Below, piece by piece: positions 40,529-55,075 of a DNA stretch of 64,000 bases (position 1 is the first letter of the stretch; each line of letters starts with the position of its first letter). The notes beneath the pieces were generated by a model. The model was given only the letters and a program-made list of their open reading frames with translations. It searched no databases and was not told the DNA's origin. The position numbers were made by a program, and so were the translations under genes. The stretch is from Chrysomallon squamiferum (lineage: Eukaryota > Animalia > Mollusca), in assembly GCA_012295275.1 (NCBI GenBank), contig CM022673.1:30070001-30134000 (forward strand). The letters run 5' to 3'.

Positions 40529-41279
40529 CAGTGGTACCTTGACTTACGAGTTTAATTCGTGCCTTGACCGAGCTCGTAACTCAAATTTGCTCATATATCA
40601 GATCAATTTTCCAAATGAAATTAATTGAAATATCATTAACCCGTTCCAGTCCCGCAAAAACCACCCCAATTTATTGTAATGTGTTTTTAAATAAGAAAAA
40701 TGTATGTATAAATGACAAATATTATGTAAAAACTAAATAAAAGAGACTGCAAAGAAATAAATTGGATTTGTAAAGTGTGCAGGATTAGGATTTCTCCATC
40801 GTTTCATGGACAGAGGTCCGCAGCTGAAAAATTATTTTAACGCCTATGGCTGGAATCGTAAAAGTACCTCGCTCGCTCGTACTGTCAAGCCATGTTGACT
40901 ACGCGCACACCTCGCTGATGTTTTTCTATGATTTCATGCTTTAGTTCAATGGACATCAACCGCTTCTTCTTCTCAGCACTGTCCTTTGCACTCACTCTCT
41001 TAGGGTCCATGGATATTAGGCAAAATACTTCACAAAACGCGAGCACAACACTACAGAGATGCTTCCACGGCGAGGTAACCAAGTGCAACCAAACGAATGA
41101 GACGCAGGATGCTGGGCGGATGTTATTTTGTTCACTGCGCCAACTGGCGGGGAAAAGTATCTGAAGCTCGCTCGTAACTCGGAATTTGGCTCGTAACTCA
41201 AAGCAAAAAATCGCCCAAGCGACTGCTCGTAACTCAGGAAATTCGTAAGTTCGAACACTCGTAAGTCGAGGTACCACTT
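40529..41279 (-). mobile_element. Non-autonomous Tigger/pogo-family transposon (internal deletion derivative, ~750 bp)
   Basis: 22-bp TIRs CAGTGGTACCTTGACTTACGAG / CTCGTAAGTCGAGGTACCACTT with 2 mismatches, TA on the left flank, repeated subterminal CTCGTAACTC motifs, and a transposase N-terminus inside. Confidence 0.93.
40873..41010 (-). pseudogene. Tigger (TIGD1-like) transposase N-terminal HTH remnant
   Basis: MDPKRVSAKDSAEKKKRLMSIELKHEIIEKHQRGVRVVNMA*QYER matches the CENP-B N-terminal/psq HTH pattern of pogo-family transposases. It has an in-frame TGA and no DDE domain. Confidence 0.85.
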
Positions 41280-42307
41280 TCTCTCTATATATATGATTTT
41301 GATTGTACGGAAACGGCGTCTATATACGGCGTACGTGTGCTAAGCTAGTTAGGGTAAATGAATAAACAAATAAAGTTAAACGGACAAGCAAACGTATAAA
41401 CAAAGAACAGAAAAAGGTATAATTAAATAAAGAACATTTTTCTGACGAGTAATCTTCGTGTTAGCATACACAATGGTATAATACATATGAGGAGAGGAGG
41501 CCGAAGACGACGATGACAACAACAACAACAACAACAAAATCAATAATAACAACAAAACAAACATAGATAACAATAACATACAATATTTTGCTGTTGTTTA
41601 ATAGCGGCGACATCAAAGGCTTTTAAAATTGTCTGTCATTAAATTGTAGATTCTCATCTATTGTTTCTATGTCATTTCGTCCAGAATATTTTCTCTCCTA
41701 TCTGTTTAATATAAACTTGTTTATAAATTACATTTAATTCTATATTGTACGGCTTGAACTTAGCTATGCGACTCTTTGTTGTGTTTATTATTATTACAAC
41801 GTCATAAATGCATTTAAGGATACTTCATTTGATTTAGCCATTGTTTTCGAACTTTAGTTTAATAACAACTGTTATACAATAGTATTTAACTGTTCTGTCA
41901 TTCATATTTTTTATTGTTTTTGTTTTATATGTACGCATGTATGCATGCATGTATGTATGTATGCAAGTATGTATATTTGAACGTGTGTGTATATATATCT
42001 ATGTACGCACGTATGTATATGGTTATTTATATGTATATTTATATGTGTGTATGTGTATGAATGAGTATTAAAAGAAGGAAAAGAAGAAAAAATAAGGTAA
42101 AAGAGAAAATACCACTTTATTGAAATATATTTTTCGTCATGTAGCTATTCCCTTTTATTCTTATTTTTTTAATTTTGCTTTTTCTAACTACGTACAGTAT
42201 GCAAAATGCATCACCAGATAAGGTGAAAGTGAACCTAATAACCAATTTCTGTAACATGCGAAATCGTCAGCTGTCAAACTATCTTTTCTTTCCAGAACGA
42301 AACGCTA

Positions 42308-42408
<101 letters not shown>

Positions 42409-44671
42409 CATTTTATTTAGAGAAAACCATTAATTCCCCCTAAAATCAATGTTATGGATATTTGTATCCATTTGGGGTCTTTACAAGCTTTTTGAATTTT
42501 TTTTTTTATCAGTGAAAAGAATTTCAGATTTACTATTACGAATCAATTACTATTGGTAATGGAATGAAATGTAAAATATTTTATTTAAATCATTCAGTAA
42601 TGACTGTCTGTATATACTGACGCACATATATGATCACTATTCATTAACAACCCGAACTTCGTATTAATTAAAAATAATATTTCACTAAGACAGATCATGT
42701 TGCACTTAATACAATATTTTATATAATTGTTACGTATTAATTTTAATTAAGGAAAAAACAATCGGAGTTAAGCTGTCAGTACGTTTTTATTTTCCAGAGA
42801 ACTGTTAGGATTTACATATTGTCATTTTTAAAGGAACACGTTTGTTTAATGATATGTATAGTTTCAATTTTTTTTTACTGCTGTACATATCGGAATTTGA
42901 TTGTTGATATTATTTTTGTCGTTATTATTATTATTATTATTACTATTATTATTATTAATATTATTGTTGTTGTTGTTGTTGTTTTTGTTTTCGTCGTCGT
43001 CGTAATATTTTATTGTTATTGTTGTTGTTGTTATTATTATTATTACAAAAAAAAAAGAAGAAAAAAAAAAAAGAACCAGCTTCACAAGCTTCTCTTACAG
43101 TTAGCTAAAAGGGATATTTTATATAAATCTCCTAATAGACTGAAAACTTGACATGTATTATTAAACTTAACATCAGAGGCTTCAGTAAAGGTTGAATTAT
43201 TATGATAATAAAACTAATACTAACAACAACGTCAACACCAACAAAAACAATAATGATAATAACAATAACAACAATAGTAAAAAATACTATTATTATTATT
43301 ATTATTATTATTATTGTTATTGTTGTAAAATGATTGCAATTTTGGAACATTTAGTAAAGATAATTATAGTAATTGGAGAAACATTTCTGGTAGTTATAGT
43401 AGAAATAGATGAATCAGTAATAGTTGCTGTAGTTGAAGCTGTGTCAGACGTAGAAATATTTAGACTAAGAGTAGCAGTAGCAGTAGCATTTGTAGAAGCA
43501 GTATTAGTAATAGGAGTTGTAACAATACAGCAACAACAACAACAGTAACGAAAACAATAATAATAGCAATAATAACAATAATAAAGATAAAGGAATTAAG
43601 AAAAAACCCCAAAACCCCAATTTGATCGGAATTACAATCTTAAATACCTACGTCTTTTTCTTAGGGCATCTGCCTCATTTCTGCATTAAATATGAAAAAT
43701 GGTAAATACTTTAATGTGATGACATACAGCCTGCGGTAGTTGTAGAAAAAGGATATTAAGTATGGATAATCTGAGCTTTGTGCGTTATTCAAGGGAAAAA
43801 GAAAATAGAACACCACTTAAAGATACACCGCTACATCCTTTTTTGCTTTATTAAAAATAGTACTATTATAACTGCTGCTGCTGCTGCTGCTATTACTACT
43901 ACTGCTACTACTACTACTATCACTAGTGTTGCTGCTGCTGCTACTACTGCCACTACTATATTAACAATAAGAGATAAAAGCTACCACAGAGAATAATAGG
44001 GGAACAAATAGTGCTGTTTGAATCCGTGGCAGTCGTCTGTTTTTCTGTCACTGGTAAAATGTACTATTTACATGTAAAATTTCTAACATGAACCCACTAA
44101 CTGCTACATTTTAAAGTTAAGAAAATATAAAAAAAAAAAAATAACTTTATCATTATGCAATTGCTTCAAAGCAAATTATTACCAAAAAACCAACAAAAAA
44201 AACCCCAACACGATACAGAATGAAATACAAAGAAACAAAAATTAGTAATAAAGTGGACAAAGAAAATTAATAATGGACAAATTATAAAAAAACAACAACA
44301 AAAAAAAACAAAAACGAAATTAAGGAAAAAAAAAAAAAGAAGGTAGGTAAAGCGTAAAAGAAAGTTAAGGAACAAAGAAAGAAAAGATGATACTAAAAGA
44401 AGATAAAAACAGATGTAAGATTAGTACTTGTCTTGTGATATAAAGATCAAAAGGCTCGAGTTGCGACGTTTTCTAGACAGTTTTCATCATCTAGGAATTA
44501 CAGCAGGGACTTAGTGTCGTCTACCTGTTTCCTTTTTTGTATCTCTAAACATTAAGTCTGATATTGTTAATACTCTACATTCCGTTGTTTCTCTGTGTTA
44601 TGCTTTATGTGAATGTCGGGAGGAAATGGCATGTGTATATGTTTCTCTGTATTTATATGAGTTTTTAATGC

Positions 44672-44676
<5 letters not shown>

Positions 44677-44758
<82 letters not shown>

Positions 44759-44815
44759 AAATAAATGAAAATCCAGTTTATCATTTTCATTTGCTGTTCA
44801 AGTACTATAACACCG

Positions 44816-44881
<66 letters not shown>
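44677..44881. repeat. (CT)n (~44677-44755) and (AAT)n (~44815-44881) microsatellites
   Basis: Direct reading. Confidence 0.93.
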
Positions 44882-44882
<1 letters not shown>

Positions 44883-45679
44883 GAACAAGAAAATGTAGTA
44901 TAAAAATTCATGCCGGACACAAAATATGTGTTGTGGGTAACTCTTATTAATAGTTCAGTGTATTTATAGTTTTGTTTGCGTGATTTAACCTTTTATTAAA
45001 AGAAATGTTCACCTTTCAGTTGATTGCGTGAGCTTCAAGTAGAGAATGCTTCCGGTTAAGCGTGTCCCAGTGTATTACCGACCTGGCGCCTACGTCACTG
45101 GGAATAACCTAACTCGATGTTAGACGTTCTCACCAGACTGTTTAATAAGCAAGTCTTCTTTACTGATATTTTCATTTTATTTTAAACGAATTCTTAAAAA
45201 TCACTTTTTGATTATACCAAGGAATATTAATGCACATTTTGGTAAGCAACTGACAAATCCTCAGATATTACGTATTTTGATATAAAAAATTATTTATACA
45301 ACACAGCTAAGAACTACACCAATCGTTAAACCTGACAATGAGATGAACAGGTTAGAAATAACTTGCAGTGGGTTATAATTCCTTACATTTACGTAACCAG
45401 TGACTGACGTTCACCTAACCTAGAGAATAACAGGGTATCTAAAAGATGCTTTATACTATAAAAAATTGAAAGATATTCTACATTTAGGCATTATAAACGC
45501 TATCAGGAAAATCACCATGAACTGAGATTAAAAGTTAAACCTTGGCATGCAAGGTGCGGACTTAATTGTTAATTGGATAGATATGTTTAACATTACTTTA
45601 ACTATTAACCTTCTTTGGTTGTCTTTTATTTTCTTGTTTTAAAAGCTGCAAGATTACTCTTGTCCATTAGTGCCAAAAC

Positions 45680-45711
<32 letters not shown>

Positions 45712-46570
45712 ATAAGACGAAAACAACAAAAACAAACAATCTCTAATATAGAACTTTCCAAAAAAAATAAAAAGCGTACTAAATGGTTTTTGATAAACAG
45801 TACTGTATCAGTGGTTGGTACTGGAATTAAAACGGATTATTACGAAGGCATGACCTTTAAAATTAAGTCATAGGACTTCTCCAAGTAAGGTAAATAGCCC
45901 ACCTCACATTCTGATGCGGACTGAACAGGTAAGGCGAATGGGAGATATTAATGTGTTACTTTCATGTTAGATATTGCACAAATAACAATTTAAAAAAAAA
46001 ATTCTATTCTTTTAACGAGACATCATTAATTTTATTCGTAGACATAAAGAACACAAAAATATCTTCAAAGACAAATTTCGTTTTTATCTTAACACGACTC
46101 CAATATAACGATTTTATTTGCTGTCATTACGAGTGACATGTTTTCTGTTCTGTTCGGTTGCAAGAATCAAAGCAGAAAATTAAAGAAAAGATTGAATTAC
46201 GTACAGTCTTTAGCCACAGGTTTTAAATTAATCGACGAACCTTTAACGACACACCATAAAGAAAGACTGTAAAGAATTTATGAGCAATTTACCTGAATAT
46301 ATTTAAAAGAATAATTAAAAAGAGAGTATAAAGATCAGTAACAAAAAGTAAATATACCAGGTTAACAAAGGATTTGTTGAACTCCATCAAGAACATTTTT
46401 ATTAAAAAACGGTTCTTCTCAATATCAGTAATATTCTGCAGTTTGCTGGGTTCTTCTTTTTAACAATTAATTTGAGCACGAAAACAGGATGATTTTGAGA
46501 TATTTTTAACATTTGGTCTTTGATCTTCACTCTACCTTTGTTTTATGTATCTTGTGTTATATTTTTCTTC

Positions 46571-46602
<32 letters not shown>

Positions 46603-49600
46603 TTGTATGCATATGCATCTGTTATTATGAATTACATTGGTAGATATTGTTCAGTTTCATGAAAGGAAATAACAAGGGTCTAATGTTGGTTCGTTGATCT
46701 CTTCCCTCCGAAAAACATATTGTGAAATGAAATAGAAATAATGCTAATGTTCAAGATTCATAACTTTACGGCCTCAAATGACCACCAAATCTCAGCTGTT
46801 GACGGAAGGATTAAAAACTGTGAATAAATGACACGTTAACTTCAGAGACACATTCCACTGCGTTATACTATTTAAAAACGTACACTGTAATGCTGTATTA
46901 CGCATTTCCATTTACCATAGCATGTTAATTACCTATTTACATAAAAATGAATTAATTTTCAGAAAAATAATAAATCGAATCCGACTTAATTAGAGATTTC
47001 TCGATACCTCACTTCAACTAAGTACGTCATAGATTCGTGATAATGCATTAAAACTAAAATTTAAGAGCGTTAAAAGAAATATAATAATAATAAATTAAAT
47101 AAACAATAAAACGTCAACAACACAACGACGACATAACAGATTTTAATAAGATGAAAATGGCTTTAATTTCCTGTATTGAACGGTTTTGGTATACGTTACT
47201 TCTCAGTTATCATATATACCTTATTCTTTATTAAATTAAGTATTCGATAAAGTCTTAAACTATCAACACATTATAAGCTTATAATTATCGAGTCAGTCAT
47301 AAATTATCTTGAATAAAAATTGTTATAAAGGAAGAAATGTTGAGCGCCACTCCTCGGCTGTTATTAAGATCAGGTCACGTGGGCTGGTTCGGAACACTGC
47401 CCACTGAGAATGAATCGTCCTGGACTTGGCCTAGCGCTCTGTCCACCTTCAGTATTCATATTTTGGTACTGATGCAGTTTTAATGATGACTGCAAAGTGT
47501 ATGCGATATATTTATGCATTAAATATTATTAGTACAAACAGAATTAGTCTTATTAGTCTGTGATAACTAAATGTGGTAGATTCAGTGATATATAGGTTTA
47601 ACAGAAAAATAATCTTAATCACTCTCCTCTTCATTATTTTTTGATCATCATAATCATCATCAACATCATCGTCGTCGTTATCATAATAACTGTTCTCTTT
47701 ATTTATAAGAATAGTCTCTGAAATTTTTATTTAACACATTTTATCAACTTCTGCCTTCGCAAAAAGCAAATTAAAATAAATAAACAAACACACAAACATA
47801 CAAATAAACAAACAAACAAACAAACAAACAAACAAACAAACAAATTCTTTACTCCAGAAAAACAAAATATATTCAGATTCGCACAAATGAGTTTTGAAAC
47901 AGGTAAGTAAGCATCTAGCGCGATACCTTTTTTATATTATTTATTTATTTATTTTCATTATACACACAAATATATAAACACATTTATTTTGTTTTTTTCT
48001 TGTTAGATTTTTCTTTTTTCTTTTTTTAAATTCTCTTCACTTGTTTCTTTTTCCTCTGCATACAATTTTGAGAGCTGCTCTTAACGTCATATCACGTTGC
48101 ACTTTTATGGACGCTGTAAATCACTGTCAATGATGTCTGATTCGCACGATGACGTTAATTGAGTGTCAAACAGTGAACCTATCACGGCCGCAAATCGACA
48201 AGATGTAAATCAATATAATTCGTGTAGAAAACATTATCAGACTAAATTATCTTATGCAGATAAACTGAAAACTGAGATTAGCATATCCCTTTCAATTTCT
48301 GTGCTATCTGTCTTACAAAGGCACTCCATTGCCGGTTCTCTACTCAGATCTGATGACGTTAACAGCTGTCATTTTACTTGTTACCTTGCGTTATACTTGC
48401 TTGCTTTGTAATCTTACATAATCTTGGATACATGTTAATAAACACATTGTGCTGGTCTGGGCGCTTTGACGAATGGTTGATTTCAACACGGAGAACATCA
48501 ACTAAACAACGAAATCCTGCTGTCTGGCTGGTAATTGAATGCTGGACGCGTCGAGAATAAAAAAATGCTTTGGACAAAATAATTCACTGATTCATTGACT
48601 ACAAAAATGTGAATCGTTCTTCGTAAATCTTGTTATACGAATACGAATTTCAGTTTAATAAAAAAAAATTTCAGGAAGATTTATTTATTTATTTATTTAT
48701 TTATTCATTCATTAATCGTCATCACAATTATTATCAACACCAACATAACCACAACCATGATCATCAGCATCATCGTTATTCTTATGATTCTAACTAAATA
48801 AAATGCACTACAAGTCTTCATTTCGCCTGTTATTAAATGTTTTAACCGAGCATATTATCAAAGTAAATCACAGATATAAAAATCTGCAATATCTTATATT
48901 GTCACCTGACAGGAGATATATAAAAGACAGAATTAGTTGTTAACACGATCACCAATATCGCAATCTGATTCTGTCACATCTAGAACTAATTTCACTGTTA
49001 CGTTATCTCGACTGATAAAACGACAGATAAAAGACGTTCTGGGACGGGTTTAGTAATTTAGATCAATGCTTGAGTGAATGTTAAGTAGCGCAATTATTTC
49101 TTATGATTCAATCTTGAAATGAAAAAGGATTAAGCTGAATGAATGACAGCACGAACGAATGAAGAATAAGATACTTTTAGTGACATTTGAATACATTGTA
49201 TAATAATGCTTATTAATATCAAATTTATTATTAAAACAACAACAACAACAATAATAATAATAAAAAATAACAATAATGATGATGATGATGATGATGATAA
49301 TAATAATAATAATAATAATAACTGAGATGGGAAAGCGGCCGTCAAATGTTCATGAGTTGTTCCTACCAGCTGATTAAATATTTGTGTAAATGCATGTTGT
49401 CACACGTGCAACATGACACACTTCAGCGGTCGATAAACATGTTTTTGGTTATAGGCAAGAAAGGGAAATAGGCTAAGGTTGACACAGTGCCAGTTATACT
49501 ATTTTGTAACGTTTTTTTAGGACTACGCTTTAATCCCAGAGTTTAAAACAGAATCAACAACAAATCAAATTCATTTTAAATCTAAAAATAAATGAAAGAG

Positions 49601-49964
49601 TGAGGGATTGAGAATAAAAAGAGACAGACAGAGAGATAGAGAAAGAGAAAGAAAGAGGCAGACAGAGAGATAGAGAAAGAGAAAGAAAGAGTCAGACAAA
49701 GAGATATGCTAAAGTAGGGTAGATGTGAAATAATAACTGACGACTTAAAATGACGCCCATATCTGAAAGCTTTTAATCTAGATCAAGAAAAGAAAAATGA
49801 ACAACTCTTAATGAAATCTGAATGAAGCACAAATACAATTACTGGAAATAAAAATAAATAAAAGAGAGTTCAGAAGAAATACCATTACATAAAACCTAAT
49901 TCCAGAGGTAACAATGTTCACTGGTGACTGAAAGATAGATTCAATGTTTGGCTGAGTGAAGCGT

Positions 49965-50194
49965 GGGGATAAACATAAATCGTGATCAGTCTCAAGATTA
50001 ACAATCTTTAGCACTTCCATTCGACTGTTTCCAAATCCAGCTTGAACTTGTTTATAAAAGACTGTGATGTACGCTTTCCTGTTTATCGAAAAGAGTAACA
50101 CATGTGGCTGGAGCGGATTCTTTTACTAAAATCTGTGTAGTCTTTAAACAATAATGGTGCCATATAACCATATATGATAGTGAAAAACAAAACA

Positions 50195-50242
<48 letters not shown>

Positions 50243-50420
50243 CAACAACATAATTTCTTCTGTCACTTTTTTTTATCTTGGGCTTAGGAAATTCGACTTT
50301 TAGGTCTTGAGATGAGTAATGATTGATCATTATTTACTTTCACTTGACCTTTTGCATCTGAGCGTTTAATGTCTTTCTAAAAACTTTAATACCTTATTTT
50401 CTTTAACCGATCATTTTCAT
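49965..50420 (+). repeat. Dispersed ~500-bp repeat, copy 2
   Basis: Direct-orientation match to 20361-20865. It lacks a 35-bp segment and has an (AAT)n expansion in the middle. Confidence 0.92.
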
Positions 50421-50450
50421 TTGTATTAATTTTTTTTAAATCAGTGCCTT

Positions 50451-50497
<47 letters not shown>

Positions 50498-50883
50498 TTA
50501 TATGTATATTAGCTGTGGACTTTGCATGAACTACGTTTCAGTGAGCGTTGTAAATGACCTTGTTTGGCACTGTGTTCAGTGATCTGTCTATTTTTTGAGT
50601 GGTGAGGAATTTTCTCTAAATGTCAAGGTTATTTATGTATTTATTACATAGTTAAGGCCACGTTTAACACATAATTATACATTATTGTGCACGTGAGCAT
50701 CGAGATGCCAACAGGTGTTTTCAGATCGATGTTTTATTCAGAGAGAAACAGACAGATACAAGAACTGAGTGACTTTTCTTTTTCTTCTTTTTCTTTTTTA
50801 TATTCGAACAATACCTTTGTATTTATGAGACAGAAAGAATGGGACAGAAACCATTAGAAATATAGAGAAACATACAGACAGAC

Positions 50884-51023
<140 letters not shown>

Positions 51024-54000
51024 TTAGTTAGTTGGGGAAACACAGAGGAAAAAAGGCCAATCCCAGTTATATTATGAAATTTATGGTAACATTTGATCCC
51101 TTTCGAACAAAGCCAGTTACGACTGATTGAATGCAAAAATATATAAACAAGATAGATGAAGATGAGTTCAGAATTCACACGTGACATTGGTTCACCTTAC
51201 AACCATTTTTCCTCTTCGTTGTGAAGTACGTGATATTTATATACACATCTAGACAGTGACTGAGATAGGAGAAATTAATTATATAGATAATATCCATGAG
51301 TCTTGATGATATGTCAAAAGTGATAAATAAAGTGACTAACAAATTTGAACTGTTAGAGAACTGTAAGATCAGTATTAACAGGATGAAACTTGAGGCCATT
51401 TCTGACACTGTATTGAATATGGTCTAGAAATAGGGTTTTGGTTGATTCAAATATTTTTGTTACTTATTTGAGGAACTGATAATAATTTGAAAAAACTATT
51501 TTTGTGCAGTTGCGGCCAGTGGTGTTTTATAAGAAATCCTGAACATTTTTGGAACAATTTAACAATGACCAGCATTTGTCATGTATATAATCTTATATCA
51601 CAGGCTTTTTGTTTCTTCTATTTTGTAATTCGTGGTTAAACATCTATTAATTAATTTTCACTGTACTATAATTAACATTCCAACAGATTTTTTTTTTAGT
51701 TATTAGTCATATATGTAAAACATTAATTTACATACATTTTCATAATACTAATTAACTGGGCAATAGTGAAAGTCCTAAACAACAAAATTAGTTTAGAAAT
51801 GATTGAGTAACAAAAAACCTGAAAATAAAAATATCTATCTGATTCTTCATGCTGATCGTCTTATTAACAACTTATAAAAGATATTAGACACGTCGAGGTA
51901 TTTTCTGATAGATTTATGGATAGTCTGAAACTAGAACAATAAAACTGGTGATGACATCTTTTAGAGTCTTTGGCAATAAACCAGCTATTGAACTCAAAGG
52001 TCGTTAATTAAATACAAAGGGTTTTTGGAATTAACAATATAGTAAGAAATATCTTTGAATATTTAGCTGGTAAAAGGTTTCTTTATTATTGTTGCTGTTG
52101 TTTTATTTACTTAATTTATGATACAAGTCGATGTTGTCGTCTAATTTTGGTATGAACAAATTATAAATTTATTACGTCAAAAATATTAATCATGGAGGTC
52201 ATATATTGTGGTATTTTTAACGTAGAACCTTTTCTTTTCAATTAGTAAGAAGGATGTTTTAAACTGACCATTAAAATAAACACGAAAGTACATAGCACGC
52301 ACTTCAGAATTGTCAAATTGGAATGAATTAAAGAACCAGACTGAATGCTTATTCACTGATTATGTTTGGCTAGAATGTGGTTTCTTTAACTCTTGTTTGT
52401 TATTCATAATAACAAGTAAAAGATAAATGCTCATGTTCGCTGGCCAGTTTATCGATTTATTCCTCTCGACATCTTTATCCACCACTGCCCACCTTGTCGA
52501 CCTGTTCTACACTATCAAGTGATGATTTAATAAAATTAAGCAAAGACAATGTCCTTCAATTTCATGAGGGTACTTTTAAATAATAATAATAATAATAATA
52601 ATTATTATTCGGAGTTCGTCACAGGGTTGATTCTGGGAAAGACAATTTTTCGTTTGATTGTCTTTGAGAGAATATATATATTACATTTTCTTCATAAATA
52701 AAAACGTTTATTCTTCACTTGAAGCCTTAAAACTGGTATGCTAGGAACCACGTAAAATTGATATACAAAATTAAAGATATACACAGATATACAAACATAC
52801 ACAAACATATGCATGTACAATCATACACACAAATATAAGCATAATGACACACACATACAGAATTACTCAGACATATAACATTATAAAGAAACATATACAT
52901 TATTACACACATTACATTCATAACTAAATCTGACATTTACAAATTTTGTAGATCTTAAGACTGCTAAGATTACACGTACATTTGCAGCACTTAATAACAG
53001 ATAATCTAAAAATGTTTCTCTTGAGAATAGTTTGAAACTTAATACTGATTTATACAAATTACTTGATATCAGGAATTAAATTCAGGACAGAATAAAATAT
53101 CAAAGCTCGTCTTCATAAAATCCTCTGGTTATAAGGATTTTATCCTTCATTCAGACAAAACCTGTTTTGCTATAGATTTAGTCTATGTGTTAATTATTTG
53201 TTGTTAACCTTTAGGTTAAAAAGTTATTTCACCAAATCTTTAACAGCCAACTTAACTTTGTTACGTTGAACAATTATTTAACTTTGCTGTTTTCACAAAT
53301 CTTTAAAGAACAGCTATTTTACTTCATGCTTCTTTGGAATATTATTTTAAAAAGAAAGATTTTTAGTAAACTGTTTATGTGCATTTTTGTAGCCTAATGC
53401 CGTATTCTCTAAAGTTGAAATAACTGTAGGAAGTGAAAGTAACTGAGGCTTTGTTCTTGACTTTAGAATGAAAGAAATCGCCTTATTAATTCTTAATTTA
53501 CTTGAATCTGTAGCTTGGGATTAAATTTTTTTTTTTTTTCAGTCTGTTATCTTTTCCTGTAACGTAATGTCTTGTGAATGCAGGCATTATTTGAGATTTG
53601 GTACTGCTTTTTCAAAAAAACAGATGTTTTTTTTATTTTTTATTTATTTTTCTTTATTAGAACCAGTCCGTCATATAACAGCAATGAATAGATAAACTCC
53701 TCGTGCAGGAAACTGTTTCCTTAAATTTCCATTCGAGGGATTTTCAGATATTAGTCTATTTTGTTTTGATTTTGGAAGTATCGATAATTTACAGCGGACA
53801 ATGTATTTCATAGAGTAACCATATATTTATACAACATTATATCTAAATTAATGTTAAATGTAAAGCTATATTAATTAACAGTACAGCTGTTGTCCAAGTC
53901 AGGTTTTAGGCGGATTCTGCTATCACTCACAAGGGACATCATTAATGCTTGACAATTTCCATGTTGATATGCGTCAGCTTTCTGTTATCCGCTGATTTGA

Positions 54001-54430
54001 AATCCGGAGATATCAGTAAATATTGTGTTAAACAACATTTGTGCAATTTATTAAGATGTAAGTTGTTTCAGAAATATATAATTAGTATGGTATTTTTAAT
54101 TACAAAAAAATAATTATAAAATGTTCTAATAATTATTATTAGATAATTGCTATGTTTTATTAAAGGTTTTTAAACGACTTAATTTCATTGAGATACATTT
54201 TTGTATGCTCTTTTGTTTTGGTCGATTTGTATTTTATTATTATAATAATGATAACACTGTCATGAGTTTCTGTTAGTATAAATATTCTTCATATTCAACT
54301 TTGTCTGTAGCCGAAAACATTCTTTGTCTTTTAGCGGGAAACTGACTGGAACGGCGTAACGGGCGCCTGAAGAAGGATACACTAAGCAATCTAATAAACT
54401 GAATTATAGAGTGGCAACGATTCCGGCCAA

Positions 54431-55075
54431 TATACTCTTTTAACAATAATTATGGCTTTATATTCGTTTAGATCGGTCATTTTAAAGTTCGCTGGTACCA
54501 CAGAAAGTACTATTTAGTCGTACTTTTTTAACACGCTGTAAGAAGAAACCCAAGCCCCTGTCATAAAATCACGGACTCGGAAATCTTCCGACATACCCGA
54601 ATCAATCTAAATTGTGACGTAACGATCAGCTGATTAAAACGTGATAACGTATCAACGCGACGCTCGCAAGGATTCGTCTTAATGCAGTAAAGATGCTTGA
54701 TTCTGTTCTTAAAGCATGTTTGTTTCAGTTTCGACATGGACGTTGTTTGTTCCATTTTAATTGCAGAAACACTTTTGCCATTTTTCCCACTGGATATGGA
54801 AAGAGTGCTACGTTTTGCCATCGTTGATGTGAGAAAGTTTACAGTTGGCTCCTCGCGTTCTTTGCGCTGAAAAGATGTCCCGTGTTAATCAGCTGACCGC
54901 TATGTCACTGTTTAGGTCGATTCCGCGTCGGTGATTTTATGATAAGGGGTTGGTCTTTGGTTTCTTCTTGTAATGTGTGTATATATGACTAAATGGTACT
55001 TTTGGAGGTACCATCGAATTGTAAAATGACCAGTCTAAAGCAGTATGAAACCAAAATGATTGTTAAATGAGGATA
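54431..55075. mobile_element. Foldback/long-TIR non-autonomous DNA element (~645 bp), superfamily not assigned
   Basis: 54431-54672 is an imperfect inverted repeat of 54850-55075 over three successive blocks (ggtcatttta..ggtacc..aaagtac.atttagtc; tcataaaatcac.gac.cggaa; tcagctgattaa.acg). The spacer is ~177 bp. Confidence 0.85.

Larger units (their letters stand above)
40356..41372. mobile_element. Older foldback/MITE-like element whose ~80-85 bp inverted arms (40356-40440, 41293-41372) flank the Tigger insertion
   Basis: The reverse complement of the right arm (tatttgtttattcatttaccctaactagcttagcacacgtac...tatatagacgccgtttccgtacaatcaaaatcat) matches the left arm (tatttgtttattcaatactctaactagctgaatatacgtac...tatatagatgccgtttccgcacagtcaaatccat). 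Confidence 0.75.

Noticed and set aside
43192-43548. 118-aa ORF with hydrophobic and poly-Q stretches
   Set aside because: Degenerate trinucleotide low-complexity sequence.
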